Below, one piece after another: positions 62,875-64,000 of a stretch of 64,000 nt of DNA; position 1 is the stretch's first letter; every line of letters begins with the position of its first letter. Source of the stretch: Octopus sinensis (lineage: Eukaryota); NCBI RefSeq assembly GCF_006345805.1, contig NC_042997.1, positions 155,248,001 to 155,312,000 on the forward strand. The letters are read 5' to 3'. A program made the position numbers and the translations under genes. The notes beneath the pieces were generated by a model. That model was not told the DNA's origin, searched no databases, and saw only the letters and a program-made list of their open reading frames with translations.

Positions 62875-64000
62875 GTCTCCATTAGAGAGTGTCATTAATG
62901 AGTTGCTGCTTAGCTCTCCAGCAATGTCCTCCAAAAATGGATGAGTCTTTGTTAAATGAAATCATCAGTGACTGCAAGAAGACTACCATGCAGATTCCTC
63001 ATAATTAACTCATACATTATTGTTGTTTTTATTATTTATGGCTTTGTCAGAAGGCAGGAAGCACACTTTCTCAGTCATCCTCTTCTGCTAGTTCCTTCCA
63101 GGTGGATTGCTTGATCCTTCTACATTTAACAAGATTTTACAAAAATTCATTCATTTCAATATGTGAAGTTGTAATGTTTATGTTCCTACAGAACTGCTTT
63201 ATCATACCAAGTGACATGTGGTTGAGCTGATAGCATACTGGAGTGACAGTTGTAAAGTTGGTGGCTCATATTCCATCAGTGGTATGATAGTATGTCAGTG
63301 GCTTGGACACATGACTTACATTACATTATCTCGAAGTGGTGAAAACTGCAGAATGCTAAACCTCTTGAATGAGATGACAAGTAACTGGAGCAATGGTGAG
63401 ATGTACAAACCATTACCAGTATGGAAAAATGGATCTACAATATGGTTGATTACTGGCACTCAATCAGCTATAACAAGGAGAGTTCCAATTGATCTGATCA
63501 ACAGAACAGCCTATTTATGAATTTAACATGCAAGTGGTTGAACACTACCCTTAACATAATTCTCCAGAAGATTCAGCATAACAGAATGTGACAAGGCTGG
63601 CCCTTTGAAATACAGATATTACTCTGGACTGCAGAAATGTGAAATATGAAATAAAGCCAGGAATTGAACTCATGACATTATGATCATGAGACGAATACTC
63701 CTAAGCACTAAGCCATGTGCCTAAGGTTGATTACTGTATTATAATAATAATGAAATTATTGTATACAGTGCTCAGGTGCACCACAACTTGTCAGAAAGTG
63801 CGTATAAAGTATATGCAGTAATGTACAAATGTCTGGAAAGTGAACAATGTATGAGTCAAATACATGCTTGTGTGTGTATGGAGGGGAGAAAATCAAGTGT
63901 AGTGTTGGCTAATCTCAGAAAGCATGGAAGTTTTGAAGGATGCAAACGAACAGCACTTACTGGTCTGAAAGTTGTACTTTTAAAACCTGATGATATGTAT

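Noticed and set aside
63218-63520. 100-aa plus-strand ORF
   Set aside because: Non-ATG start, no recognisable domain, overlaps repeat-derived sequence.

Overview
AT-rich, microsatellite-dense eukaryotic DNA. The SINE, RTE and MITE families are most consistent with an octopod cephalopod genome (inference). Two host genes are visible, both on the minus strand and both missed by the ORF track. (1) An ABCC4/MRP4-like ABC transporter: coding exon 1 at 40872-40945 and exon 2 at 10262-10372, separated by a 30.5-kb intron. Exon 3 was not found and probably lies left of the window. (2) The last two coding exons (62037-62166, 59871-59968) of an uncharacterised cupin/JmjC-like protein. The rest is mostly decayed mobile DNA: two internally deleted Helitrons, a DD37D maT, a DD37E Tc1, Tigger, a TIR-bounded Chapaev3-like element, two Gypsy fragments, CRE-, HERO-, R4/Dong-, RTE- and CR1/L2-type LINEs, and many SINEs and MITEs. 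The most notable unexplained structure is in ABCC4 intron 1. A complete type I hammerhead ribozyme fold (29046-29136, +) has a 117-bp, 100% identical inverted twin about 600 bp away. Several further decayed hammerhead motifs lie in the sense strand of the ABCC4 pre-mRNA. All alignments and folds were done by eye; no database searches were run.
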